Part shown: one piece after another, positions 45,655 through 59,000 of the stretch | Numbering within the stretch: the stretch's first letter is position 1 | How the letters are laid out: every line of letters starts with the position of its first letter | NCBI GenBank assembly: GCA_951406725.2 | Contig: OX597826.1 | Coordinates: forward strand, 80,910,001-80,974,000 | Direction of reading: 5' to 3' | Source: Octopus vulgaris | Taxonomy: Eukaryota | DNA length: 64,000 nucleotides | Program-made: the position numbers and the translations under genes | Notes under the pieces: generated by a model | Told to the model about the DNA's origin: nothing | What the model saw: the letters and a program-made list of their open reading frames with translations, nothing else | The model's database searches: none

Positions 45655-46095
45655 TCATTATCATCATCGTTTAACGTCTGCTTTCCATGCTAGCATGGGT
45701 TGGACGATTTTGACTCAGGGCTGGCGAACCAGACTCGTCTTGATCTGGCAGAGTTTCTACAGCTGGATGCCCTTCCTAATGCTAACCACTCTAAGTGTAG
45801 TGGGTGCTTTTTACGTGCCACCAGCACGGGGCCAGTCAGGTGGTACTGGCAATGGCCTCGCTCGAATCTTTTTACTCATGCCACCGGCACAGGTGCCAGT
45901 AAGGCAACACTGGTAATGATCACGCTCGAATGGTGCCCTTTTACGTGCCACCGGCACGGGGCCAGTCAGGTGGTACTGGCAATGGCCTCGCTCGAATCTT
46001 TTTACTCATGCCACCGGCACAGGTGCTGGTAATGATAACGCCTGAATGGTGCCCTTTTACATGCCACCGGCATGGAGCCAGTTGGCTGCTCTGAA
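45655..46095 (-). mobile_element. Family A element with a 130-bp internal duplication
   Basis: GCCAGTCAGGTGGTACTGGCAATGGCCTCGCTCGAATC at 45831 and 45961. Confidence 0.8.
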
Positions 46096-47820
46096 TTCAT
46101 AATATATATATATATATATATATATGTGTACATCTGACAGCCAATGCTGGTTTGTTTATGTCCCCATAACCAAATGATTTGGCAGAAGAGACGAACTGAG
46201 TAAGTACCAGACTTGGAAAAAAAAAACAATCGAAGGTGATGCCCCAGCATGGTCTGCTGTCCTTCAAATAGGTTTTTGTCAAAAAGGTTAAGAAAATGAA
46301 TAAAAACAGAGTTTGAGATGGATTCAGTGGAATTTGGTAAAATATCTTCTCTGTTTAGCATTTAAACTGATCATATGCAGCCCAAATATTATCCATTTTA
46401 TGTTCAAACTGGCCAGATCCAGCCTCTCACACCTATCCTACAATGTCATTCTAAAAATAAACAACATAGAAATTTCAGAACCACGAGATAATGCATGATT
46501 AATTCAAAACAATGTGAATAAATAAGCATAACATTTAACAGAGTAATCTGCACGCTAACGAGTTAACAAATCTGAAGACCATTGGGACACAAACCACTCA
46601 GAAAACCATGAAATCGTATGATCATGGCCTCGTTTTTGGCACGAATGGCAACAAGATAACCAGATGTGGTCCTACACCTATACAAAGGGAGTTGTGTTTA
46701 CAATTCTCCTTAGAAATTGCTTTATTCTGTTCATTCAAGTAAGTTTGTATGTCAAAGCAATAGTTACTGTGGAAGATATTCAGGAAAACAGCAACTCTTG
46801 GACACCACTGTTTCAACATTATCATTTTTATGATTACCAAAAATGCAGATGAAATTCTGCTCAAAGACACACATCAAACCAACACAGATTTTCAGTTTAA
46901 AAATATAATTTCATGAATTCCTACATGAAAGGATAAAGGAAGGCACTCTACAGAAAACCATGATTCTATGAAAATATATATTGAAAAGATTTTATTTTCT
47001 TTGTAGTACAAATAAGTTGGGGCGAAAGACCCAAGGTGATAACAGAACCCTCGCAAGCAACTGAGCAGTTATTAGTCTTGCAAATTTCTTGGTGGCCCTG
47101 TTGGTGCTGGTGCAATGTAAAAAGCACCCAATACACCCTGTAAAGTGGTTGGCATTGGGAAGGGCATCCAGGTGCAGAAACCATGTCAAAGCACAATAAA
47201 ATCTGGTGAAGCCCCCAGCTTTACCAGCTCCTGTCAAACTGTCCCATCCATGTTGGTCTGGGAAACGGACATTAAATGATGATCCTAAGGATCTTGTTGC
47301 AGCATAACCAAATTATATTTGCTGGAGAGTCTCAAAGAACTGGTATTTAACTCCCACTTTCATGGTGCTAAGCAGAACAAAGATGTGTGCCTCTCTCTCT
47401 CAATATGAATCTGGTCTATTACAGCTAACAATATCACTTGCAACCTTGACACAGCTAAGTAAACTAAGGCACAAAAAACTGACTCCCCTTCAAATGAAGT
47501 ATCTGTTGCATTTCGAAGTGAGGTCATTGGAAAAATTACGCTCCAAGAATAGTCCATGTTCTCAATGAAGAGTGGAGTTTTTGTGAGTGGTTCTTGGTCA
47601 GATGTGCAGATGATATTCAATAAGACTTTGTAGGTGTGGAATTTTAGATCCAAGAAAATGGGGCAACCCCACACTACCAAATTAATGTAAGGGCCTATTC
47701 TGCCAAACAGATGGATTGGACAAAGAAATTCACTGGACCACAAAAGCATTAGAAATTTTCTTATAACTATTCAATGTGTGTATACACCTCTTGAAGACAG
47801 CCCATCTATGTATGTGTATA

Positions 47821-47871
<51 letters not shown>

Positions 47872-48280
47872 GCATTTCATCTTGTTGAACTGTTAATCTC
47901 TGCTCATTTTTTTTTCATTTTCTCTCCGTTTCGATTCCTCTCTGTCAAAGACTTTTCCATTCTTCCCGAGCGTCAAACTAATACTTGCTGTTCCTTCACC
48001 TGTCTTTGTCTTTTGTTTTCTCACACACTTCTTAACCATGCAGCCTTGTCTGGTTCGAGGCTCAAGCATGGCTGTGTGGTTACTAAGTCTGCTTCACAAT
48101 CACATGGCCTCGAGTTCAGTCCCACCAGACAGCACCTTCGACAAATATATTCAGCCCAGATTGACCAAAGCCTTACGAGAGAATTTTAGCAGGTGGTAAC
48201 CAAAAAAAAGACTGCCATATATGTACGTGTGTGTGTGTCGCTTTACTTTGATATCACACAAATTGTAAACAAAAGCCGTC

Positions 48281-48440
48281 ATTATTTACATTCGACGGAT
48301 ATTTGTCCTCATCTTGTTTGTCGTTAACACAACGTTTCGGCTGATATACCCTCCAGCCTTCATCAGGTGTCTTGGGGAAATTTCAAACCTGGGCTCTCAT
48401 TACTAAGGTGTTTCTCGATGTTATTATTATTATTATTATT
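48281..48440 (-). mobile_element. Inverted, headless second copy of the hammerhead element
   Basis: 48281-48400 is the reverse complement of about 48733-48853 with few mismatches; its (AAT)n linker abuts an inserted RTE-tail repeat. Confidence 0.75.
48326..48371 (-). ncRNA. Minimal type I hammerhead ribozyme motif, intact core
   Basis: - strand reads GACAC-CUGAUGA-A-GGCUG[gaggguauau]CAGCC-GAAACGUU-GUGUU. Stem I is GACAC/GUGUU, stem II is GGCUG/CAGCC, and the palindrome AACGUU stands in for stem III. Confidence 0.8.
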
Positions 48441-48641
48441 ACTCATCATCATCATCATCATCATCATCATTTAACGTCTGCTTTCCATGCTAGCATGGGT
48501 TGGACGGTTCAACTGGGGTCTGGGGAGCCCGAAGGCTGCACCAGTCCAGTCAGATCTGGCAGTGTTTCTACAGCTGGATGCCCTTCCTAACGCCAACCAC
48601 TCCGAGAGTTATGTTATTATTATTATTATTATTATTACTAC

Positions 48642-48880
48642 GGGCATATGGCGTAGTGGTTATGAGCGTGGGCTACTAACCCCAAGATTCCAAGTTCAAT
48701 TCCAGGCAGTGACCTGAATAATGATGATGATGATGAGAATCTAGGTTCGAAATTTCCCCCAAGACACCTGAAGAAGGCTGGAGGATATATCAGCCGAAAT
48801 GTTGTGTTAACAACAAACAAAATGAGGACAAATATCCGTCAAATGTAAATAATTCCTCATCTCTTAAATATAGAACTGTA
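48642..48880 (+). mobile_element. tRNA-headed short element carrying a hammerhead motif
   Basis: A box TGGCGTAGTGG (48649-48659), anticodon-like loop CTACTAA, B box GTTCAATTCC (48694-48703), (AAT/GAT)n linker, then the hammerhead-containing body. Confidence 0.7.
48763..48808 (+). ncRNA. Minimal type I hammerhead ribozyme motif, second copy with a C>T change in the stem III palindrome
   Basis: GACAC-CUGAAGA-A-GGCUG[gaggauauau]CAGCC-GAAAUGUU-GUGUU. Confidence 0.7.
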
Positions 48881-49269
48881 AAAGCCTTGTCAGTGGATTT
48901 GATAGAAACGGTAAAACATTCATTGTGTGTGTGTGTAGATGTTTGTCTTGACATCACATGATAGTTGCAAACAAATGTCGCCCTCAGTGACATTCATTTC
49001 CACTCTCCTATGAGAACATGTCCAGCCATGGCAGGGGGGGGGGGGGCGAAATATTACCTGACTTGGAAAACAAGAGAGGGGTTGGTGACAAGAAAGGCAT
49101 TTAGCCATAGAAAATCTCCTTGAATATATTTTTTTTTTGGACCCATGCAAGCATGGAAAAGTAGATGTTAAAATGATAATAATGTTGATTAATATATATG
49201 TGTATATATGTATGTATGTATGTATATATACACACAACCTCCAAACAATGAGCAATATCAAAAACGACA

Positions 49270-49275
49270 TTTAAT
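49270..49275 (-). terminator. Probable WDR55 polyadenylation signal (ATTAAA)
   Basis: ATTAAA on the - strand about 95 nt after the stop, followed by a GT/T-rich tract. Confidence 0.5.
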
Positions 49276-49369
49276 TTCCTCTCACATTTCAAACTTTCCC
49301 CACTTTTTACACATTTACACTTGTCTCTTTAGCAAAACAACAACAAACACTTTTTTGCCTTTTTCGTTA

Positions 49370-49958
49370 TTAAGTGTCTGGTTTCTTATCTTCACTCTTT
49401 TCACAAGTTTTCTTTTCAGCATCAGCTTGCATATTCTTGGCCTCAGAATTCTTGTCATCACCACCTGCATCATCATCGTCATCGTCATCATCATCATCAT
49501 CATCATCATCATCAATATTAATAACGTCATCATCACTAATGTCATCTTCGTCGCTGTCTGAGATTTCTATAGACTCTTCATCTGTCTCCCTGGCTCTTCT
49601 CTTTCCGCTCTGCTCATTTTCGCCGCCAGCATTCTCGATGTCGCTCATATCAGTGAAACTCTCAGATTCGCTGTCGCTGTCAGGATTAACAGAAGTATTA
49701 ACGGAAAGCTCATTCCCAAAATCAGCAAAGAAGTCGTCTTCTTTGTTCAACGGATTCAGACGACTCGATTTCTTGGCTTTCTCCTGGATGTTCACCTCAA
49801 CGTCTGACAGAATGTCGAGGTTCCAAAACTTAACAGTCTGGTCATGAGAACAACTAGCCAGGAACTTTTTGTCTCGAGACAAACTCAAGTTCTCCACTGG
49901 AAAGTCAGCATGTCGCCCAAGCACTCCAAGAAATCGGTTTGGTAAAATATGTACAGCT
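49370..49958 (-). CDS. WDR55: WDR55 terminal coding exon with acidic tail
   Basis: ttcag|A GCT GTA CAT...TAA; AVHILPNRFLGVLGRH...LASCSHDQTVKFW...poly-Asp. Confidence 0.93.
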
Positions 49959-52900
49959 CTGAAATGGAGAAAAGAAAGAAAAAAGTCATTTATTATAAAC
50001 AGATTTCAAGATTTTACAAACAACCAGAAAGAAAGAGGGGGGGAGGGGAGAGGGAGAGATAACGAGATTCTTAATGATACACAAGTTTGTAAGGAGGAGA
50101 GTGGTTGTTATTGTATCCCTAGGTCAGCCCTGAGCAAGGAGACCCACAGCATACAGATGCCCAGGTGATTGTAAGGCCAGGTATGCCATATCTCCATCTC
50201 TTTGAGGACCATTCTACACACTTTAATACAGAGCTGGTGGAACTGTTAGCAGACCAGGCAAAATGTTTAGCAGTGTTCTGCCCATCTTTAAGTTCTGGGT
50301 TTGAATTCCACTGAGACTGCCTTTGTCTTTCATTCTTCCAGGGTTGATAGAATAAGTCCCAGCTGAATACTGAGAAGGGTCAATGCTACAAACTTATCCC
50401 CTCCCACAAAATTTCAGAGTCATTGCTGTTATATTTAACCTGAAGTCAGCTCTGATCAAACAGACCAAAGGCAATCCAGTCATGACCTTTAAGAAGAATA
50501 CACCCCAGATACTCACGAATGAAAGCGAAACTACATTGTCGATTGACTAAAAAGGGCAGGCAAATTGCCGTGTTTAATACAATTAAGATATTAAAGTAAA
50601 TTTGTGCAACATTATGGAGAACAAAAGGAGAATTATTTGGAGACAAACTATTTTGTTTGTTCGATGATGAAGATGGAGAAGGAACTTAAACCTCACCAAC
50701 ATATTTTAGAAGCAAGATACTCGTCAGTCTTGAGAACCCCAGCCCTACATAATATCCAAATGTGTCCTTCTTAAAACATAAGGGTGTGATCTGAGAGAGA
50801 TTTGGTACCTAGAAAGCCCTGGTGCTGTGTTGCAGTCTTAGCCTGTTGTATACCCTCTCCAAATTCTGTCTGCTTCTGGAAGTCAGAAGAATCTGGCAAG
50901 GGTTACAATGGCATTTCAGTCGTGATTGTCTTTTATTCAAGCATATTTTAAAGATGGCACCGCATTATTTCAGGATGTCTCTTATGATGTGGTGTTTTGC
51001 ACAGTTACAATGTGCAGCCACTGTTCTGACTGTAGCTTTTGTATCTACTCCAGTAGTCACAATATTCTCTTGGAATCAGATACAGTGTTTCTCTCCTGCA
51101 CCAGAATGGTAATACACTGCTTCGTCTTTCATGCTATCACTGATAGCTCTGCAAGACACCCAATTTGAACCGTCTACCTTGACTGTGACTCGAACGCGAC
51201 TCTAACATGTAACTGACACTTGACTCCAACTGAGAATTCATACAACTCTACGACTGACACACGACTCCCCAAACCACTTGTCCCATGGGAAAGGAATACC
51301 ATTTCCACTACTAATGACAAAAGAGCTATATTTAGACCAACTTACCTGACAGCTCCATCCAGGGAACCAGTACAAATGATGTCTTCAGAAACGGGACAAA
51401 TACAATCAATGGACATCGGATGACCTGGAAATCGGTCGCAGAGATTTCCAAACTCACTCCAGTTGAAAAGATTCAAGACTCCTTCTCCAGTGCCACAAAC
51501 AACTTTACGCCCATTCTACATTAATAATAATGATAATAATAAAAAAGCAATCAACTTTCAGAATCACAGACTAGGAAGATGATAGAATCACAGACACTAC
51601 AAGGACCCCACCTTTGTATTTCTGAGCGAGAAACTAAAATCTGTGTTTGCATCAGCTTCTCACAGCTGTAAGGGAGGTAAGTATCACACTTTGTGGGATA
51701 AACTATTTCCTGAGGAAGTTACTTTCATCAAACTAGCACCCGTTCAGGCATTGGTCTCCATGAAGCAACAGAAACCAGAAGAGAAAGGCAACACTATAAA
51801 TCCTCACAATTCCTGAAATGTCTGAGTTATTAAACACAGTCCTGATGGAGGTCGGAAATCACAGAGAGTGAAATACTAATCTTTTAATACACAGCAATAG
51901 TGAGTTCTTGTGCTGACAGTGTACAAGATCCACAAGACTGTGACATCTTCCTCCCTCTCTGAAACTACTTAGCCTGATTCCAGAGTCAGCCAGAGAGGGG
52001 GGGGGGATGAACTCGGAGCTTAAGCACAGAATTAAATCTAAATTAATCACTTTAGATCAGGGAACCTCTCCAAGCTGAGTTGCTTCTTCTCCAGAGTGAG
52101 AGGTTTCAGTTCCTGTAGAAGAACACAATGGTTAGAATGTTGCAGGAAAGATTCACAGGATGGAATCTTCACACCAAACCAACTGGCAGGAAACCTAAGG
52201 TTGGATCATGGGTGAGATGGTTGGATGACATCCATAATCTTAGTCACGCTTGGGAATCCAGTAGGAAAGTGTGTGATGACAGTTGATCCTGATTGGACAC
52301 TATGAAGGAGATACGTGAGGATTCTGCCTCACCACGATTCTCCCAGGAATAATGAGCAGAGAAAATGGATGGATTAACCAGCAGGTTGGTAAGTTTCATT
52401 AGGACAAGATGAAGTCTGTTCACAGAAGAATGAGCATTTCAATCTAATCAATGTCCTAATGTAATGACCTCTGCTATATCACGTCTTCACCTCCTGTATT
52501 ACAAACACACACACAGTGGATACTTGTTAATTCTGATTTCTCTATCTCTGGATTTGGTAAATTATGTGCTGATATCGAATCTAAAGCTCTACAAAAAATC
52601 ACAACAGAAAAAACAATTGATGTGTCTTCATCCAATTAAAATCGAAATTACCTTAATTATGGCAACCGATAACAGTTCAGAATCAAAAAGCTCAGATTGA
52701 AGTTCCAGTCGTTTGCGACGCACATTCAGGGCCGTAAGAGTTCCTTCACCTGAAGCAGCCAACAGAATTTTGTGGTCGTTGTCAATGGCCATGCCACTTA
52801 TGAATTCTTCACAGCACTTTAATTCCATGGATGCTTCTTTGGCCCTTAGATCCCACACCTACACGAAAGGAAGAGATAAAACAGAAAGAAAAGAAAATAT

Positions 52901-55900
52901 AACTACTACATCATCATCATCATTAAACGTCCATTTTCCATGCTGGCATGGGTTAGACAGAAGCTGACATGCCAGAGAGCTGTATGAGGTTCCAGTTGTA
53001 TGTTTTGGCACTATTTTGTTTCTACAGCTGGAGACCCTAACCCTAAAACCAACCACTTTACAATGCATACTCATCATCTTCATCGTTTAATGTCCACTTA
53101 TCATGTTGGCATGGTTGGACAGTTTGACAGGAGCTTGCTAGGCAGAAGACTGTACCAGGCTTCAGGGACGGTTTTGGCATGGCTTCTTACGGCTGAATGC
53201 CATTCCTAACACCAGCCTCCCTGTTGCATGGACTGAAAACTCAATCATTGCTGACTGGGTTTTTTTTTTTTGTGGCACCAAAAACAGTAACACCATTCAA
53301 CCACACAAATAAAGTCTGCATTGTATCTAAGCAAAAGAAACCATTCCCAGAAGTACAATTGCAGGAATAATCCCATTGCTATTCCTCAAATTTTGTATTC
53401 TGTTATGATGTGGCTACACACGTCTGGTGTAAAATGGTATTACACAAATAGTTGGTTGTGGTTACCTAAAAATAACCTATTGCAGAAATGTATGAAGATA
53501 GTTTTAGACAAAATAAAACAACTTTCCTCAAATACCTTTACTTTCTTATCTCATCAGTAAGAGAGAAGGTGAGGCTAAAACATCAAAACAGTCTCTTAAA
53601 TAAGAGATTAGTAGCAGACAGTAAGTTACCTTAACAGTTCCGTCATCATCTCCAGAAGCCAGAAAATGGTCACCCAACAGAAGTAAGCTGTAAATTGCTG
53701 ACCTGGAAATGAAGAAAAAGTTGCTCTTTTTAGAAACATTATGTTAATTAAAAGATCGTCAAAGGAAAGTATTGTGAGTTAGAGATGGAGTACAGGCAAG
53801 TCTGGTTGGAGTGGGTCTGTTTTCAACCCTAACCACAAGTGATGAATTTGTGTCTTAATTAAAAAGCATTATCGTAATTTCTTGAATGTAATTTTTGCAA
53901 AGCAATAGAATTACTTATCGAATATGAATTTAGCATTAAAAAACAACACGTTTTGGTTAAATTAATACCATATTTTTCAGCATACAAATCAATGTAGAAT
54001 ATAGTGTAAACATTCGAACATCATCATTATCTTTGCAAATCCTGCTGCTATTCACATGGAATCTTCGATCCTTCAAACTTACCTTGGTTTATGAGTCAAC
54101 CGACATTTTTAGCTGCAAATTTATTTTGAAAAATCTGATTTATGGTAATTATTATATTCTATCCAGTATATTTTTAAAAAACTGTTCATGCACAGCACAA
54201 GAATATATATACAACAGGATTCCATATAGTTTCCATCTACTAAATCCACTTCCAAGGCTTTGGTTAGTCTCAGGCCATAGTAAAAGACACTTGCTGAAGG
54301 TGCCACACAATAGGGCCAAACCCAAAACCATGATTGGGAAGCAGGCCTCTGCATTGCCCCTGTATTGTTGAGCCCCTTAAACAAAGTGAAACAACTGAAT
54401 TAGGAACCCTAGAGACCAATCATGGGAACAACTGTAATCTGTGTGATTTCCTGAATGCCATGCCAATGAAAAAAATGACCTCTAATTTTATTAGTGGTGT
54501 AGGTCACCTGATGATGAACCATGTCTCAAAAAAGGTTGCCCATGTCTGCAACAGACAACTGATCTCAAGAATTCAAAGTGTCTGAAAGGCAATGAGCTGG
54601 CAGAATCTTTGGCATTCCAGGCAAGAGGCTTTCTGGCATTTCCTCCATCTTTGCATTCTGAGTTCAAATTCCACCAAGGTCAATTTTTGCCTTTCATCCT
54701 TTCAGGGATGATGAAATAAGTACAAGATAAACACTGAGGCCAATCATCATCATCATCATCATCATTTAACGTCCGCTTTCCATGCTAGCATGGGTTGGAC
54801 GATTTGACTGAGGGATGGTGAACCAGACTCAATTCTGATCTGGCAGTGTTTCTACAGCTGGATGCCCTTCCTAACGCCAACCAGTCCAACAGTGTAGTTG
54901 AATGAACTCAACTAATCCCCCTCCCCAGAAATTACTGGCCTTGAAACCAATGATTTGAAATGACTGAAATCTAAATGGTTAGCAATGGTAAAAGTAATGT
55001 GGTGGATTAAGCTGTTCTAAATTAGCAACATTATATGTGATGTCCATAATTACTTACTCGTGGGCCGTTTTGTTGTGCCAGGTGACAGCACCAGTATTCA
55101 TATCCACAGCTGCAAGTGACTTGTCTTTGGAACCGCTGTACAAGATGGTGCCATCAGACGAGAACTGTATGCATCGACATGACTTCTTGTGGTGCTCCAG
55201 CAGCAGGAGATCTTGGTTGTCGCCTTCAACTGCATAGGAATGCCTGCAGATAGAACAAAAGACATCTTCTGAGGTGAGATCAAGAGATGGAGTACATGCA
55301 AATTGCTGTTGAGGGATACTGGCATACTATGGCCTAGTGATGACCCTTTTGATACCAACACCACCCGAGACAGCCCTTGCTTTTATGACATAGATTTCCT
55401 ATTTTAAAGCATTCTAAATTAAAACCTGCCATTAAAATTCTTGGTTAATTTCTGTTCCAAACACCACTGTCATCATTTCATGTCCATTCTCCATGCTTGC
55501 CTGGGTTGACAATTTGATTGAACCTGGCAAGCCAGAGGGCTGCACCAGGCTCTAGTTGTCTGCTTTTGGCATGGTTTTTGCAGTTGCATGCCCTTCCTAA
55601 CACCAACCACTTTACAGAGTGTACAGGGTGCTTTGCATGTAGCCCCCATCACTAGTGCATTTCATGTGGTGTAATGACATGTAGGATCTTCATGTAGTGC
55701 TGGCACAGATGCTTTTTTATGTGATGCCTGAACACAGAAGCAAAGGCAGAACGTAGTAATAGAAACATAGTAACGAAAGGGTTAAACTATATTTACTGAT
55801 ATTCAGATTCTAAGTAGCAACTCTCTCTCTCACACACACACTACTGGTAGACAGATACATATTCATTGAAACACAAGTTGTGGTATTTCAAACCCTGCTC

Positions 55901-56024
55901 AACTCACACTGCCATGGAAACATTAAATGTGGAGGAGACTAGAGTTACAGGAACATGAAAGACATTCTATCAAATTGTTAGGTGTTTACTTTGTCATCTC
56001 CTAATATAATAATGAGCATATTTG

Positions 56025-56075
<51 letters not shown>

Positions 56076-59000
56076 AGAATCACACAGGACGCAGAGGAGG
56101 AGAGAAAACAGTAACTCAGTGAAGGAAAAGTAGTGAGAGTAATAGCCCTGACTGAGAGGGAGTGAGAGAAAGTAATAGCAATGAGAGAAAGGAAGGAGTG
56201 ATAGATGAATAAGGAAGGAGTGAAACAAAATCAGTGTTTCAACTCTGTGTGAGAGTATATGCATGTGTGTGCGCGTACAAGGGAAGTATGTGAATGTTTG
56301 TATGTGTGATTATTTTGTACCTTATTTATAGATAAAATGCTACAATTAGCCATCATTTTTGACGGCACAGGGTCAGCTAGTTTGTTATAAAATACAGCAG
56401 AAGGAAACCAACGGCACAGAGAAATTGATACAGTTCTATTAAAAAGCACACACACACACGTGTATAGAAGCTAGCAGGAGAGAAAATAAAACCCAGGGTC
56501 ATGCCAGAGCTGACAGAATGATGGGTAAAAAGAACTCTTTCAGTACAGTTTGCATCTCATAGGTAACTACTGATTTCAAAGACTTTTGGAACCAGCATTC
56601 CACAGATGGATTTCTGTCCTGACTGGCTTCTATACAGTTTCTGTTGACAAACTTTCAATCTTAAGACACAAATCAACTCAAAGACATTTGTTCCAGGTGC
56701 AATGCAGTGAACGTCTTCATACTTATGTGTCTGTTATTAAACCAACAGCAGTAATTAAATGTCCATTGTAATGCTGTGTACCAATATGAGGCAGCGGTCA
56801 GCTGGCAGAATCGTTAACACAGCGGACAAAATGCTTACATTCTGAGTTCAGATCCCCCTGAGCTCAACTTTGCCTTTCAGGGTCAATAAGCAACAGTTGA
56901 GCACTGGAGTTAATGTAATCAACTTAACACACCATCCACCACCCACCCCGAAATTGCTGGCCTTGTGCCAAACCATGAAACCAGTATGGCAGATAAATAT
57001 AAATATGACTAATAAGTGTTGTTGTATGTGCGAAAGTTTGTAGAGAGAGGGAACTTTTGTTATTTACAGAGAGACGTCTCCTCCGATGTGAGCTGCTGCA
57101 ATAACATCTTTCACTGGGTTGAAGCAAACATCAACCACAACATCACTCAACGAGATGGCCTTGGGTTTCAGATCTGCCTAAATAAAGAAAATACAAAACA
57201 GAGTTTATCATTAAAAAATCATTACGGTGATACATTTATGACAATAACAATATTTATGTAGAAACAAAACATTTAAGACAAAAGCTGTGAAGTGAAAATG
57301 GAAACTGGTCAGGCAAACACGGAGACAGCCTGAGTTATGTACCTTGCTTAAGGTACGTAACAGAAAAAGAGTAACGTTGCCAAGTTGGACTAAAAGACGC
57401 ACTATTAATATATTTTTATCTAATTAAACAATGTAAATGCTTTTGCATTTACCTGTGAATGAGTAATTTATGCGGTCAAAAGGAATAATTTCCCCCATTA
57501 ACCATTCATTTGCCTATAGCAACCACCAAACATTTGTATAAAAGGTGGTTCTAGCAACTGATGCTGCAAATGGTATGTTTGTATTAAATTTGGAAATAAA
57601 ATAGAATTGTTAATTCTGATCAAAGTTTTTTTATCTCCAGATGCTGACAGATGAGAAGACAAATCTCGCACAGAACAAACAATTTCAGGAGCAAAGAAGT
57701 TTAGCATGACTGAACTACTGGGGTTTTATAAGAACAGCACAACCAAGTTGAAACTAACTCTGCAAGGCACAATAACCAAACACTGTTTTGCTGCAATATT
57801 TCATTGGAATTGTCAATTTCTGCAACAAGTGTTTTAAAAATAGTTGGACCATGAAAAAAACAAACACAAAATAAAACATTAAAAAGAGTATGTGTGTGTG
57901 TGACTGATCATGGTGAGAATTATCTGCTGAGTTACTAATCTGATTTTAATTTCCATTGAGGATATTCGTTTGATCCTTTGATGCAAAATTTATAATCTCA
58001 AATCTGGTAACAAGTTATAAATACCCATTACACTGAATATGTTAAACAGAAATTGTCCCAATTCAGTTGCAGGGGCACCACCAAAGCAATATCTTTGTTC
58101 AGAGTAAGCCAGCCTAATGAGGTCTGACTTTTCTCAATAAATACCTGCTGGAGATGTGAAATTCTGCATTGCTACTCAAGCCCTTCACCAACCATAATTC
58201 TGTCTCATAACACATTACCTGTGAGGTTTTCAAAACAATCGAGAATTGGTGGTAATCTAGGAAAATAACTTTTTCAGAATGCAGAAAAACTTTTTAAAAA
58301 CCTTTATATTTTGAGTGCAAACGCCCATCTTCAGATGAATGCAGCCAAGGAAATGTATATATACATAGATCCTGTTATTTTTTATCTAGTAGACAAAAAG
58401 TTCTAACATAGAATTCTAATAGAAGGTTTAAACAAGATTTTTTTTAATGATAGAACCAGAGGTGTATTTCAGATGTGTTATTATCATCATCAGCAGCAGC
58501 AAGAAAAAGGTTTAATCTAAGACGAGGCTATTTTACAGTGAATCATTTCTACATTGCAGTTCATAGACCCAGCTGAGTGAAGTGGGGCAGTTCAGGCTTA
58601 GATGTGATGGTCATATGATGTTGTACAAAGATATAACCAGCTGGAACTCTGAGTTTCTTGTCTTGTACCCTTTACACTCAGCCAGTTACACCTCTTGCTG
58701 TTACCTTACAGACGACTGAACAGTAGGTTAAGTAGGTCTCTATTAACTGTGAAGTACAAATCACAACAAAGCCTGCCAACTCTAAAACGTACAAAAGCAT
58801 GCAACCAATCCTTGTATGTGAGGAATCTTATTCACAAGTGAACATGTGTTTGCGTCAAAGGGCACAAATGTGTGTGTGAGAGAGTTAATACATAGTTAAA
58901 TGTAATTATCCTGAACAGCAGATAATAGGATTATCAGATTTTGCAAAAAAGATTAATACCACAATGGCTTTTTGCACATCCTATCTATAACACATACGTA

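Noticed and set aside
48642-48714. Functional tRNA gene
   Set aside because: Poor acceptor-stem pairing, atypical ACT anticodon, no oligo-T terminator, and continuity with a repeat body indicate a SINE head.
49374-49847. 157-aa Ser-rich + strand ORF
   Set aside because: Antisense shadow of the WDR55 acidic tail.
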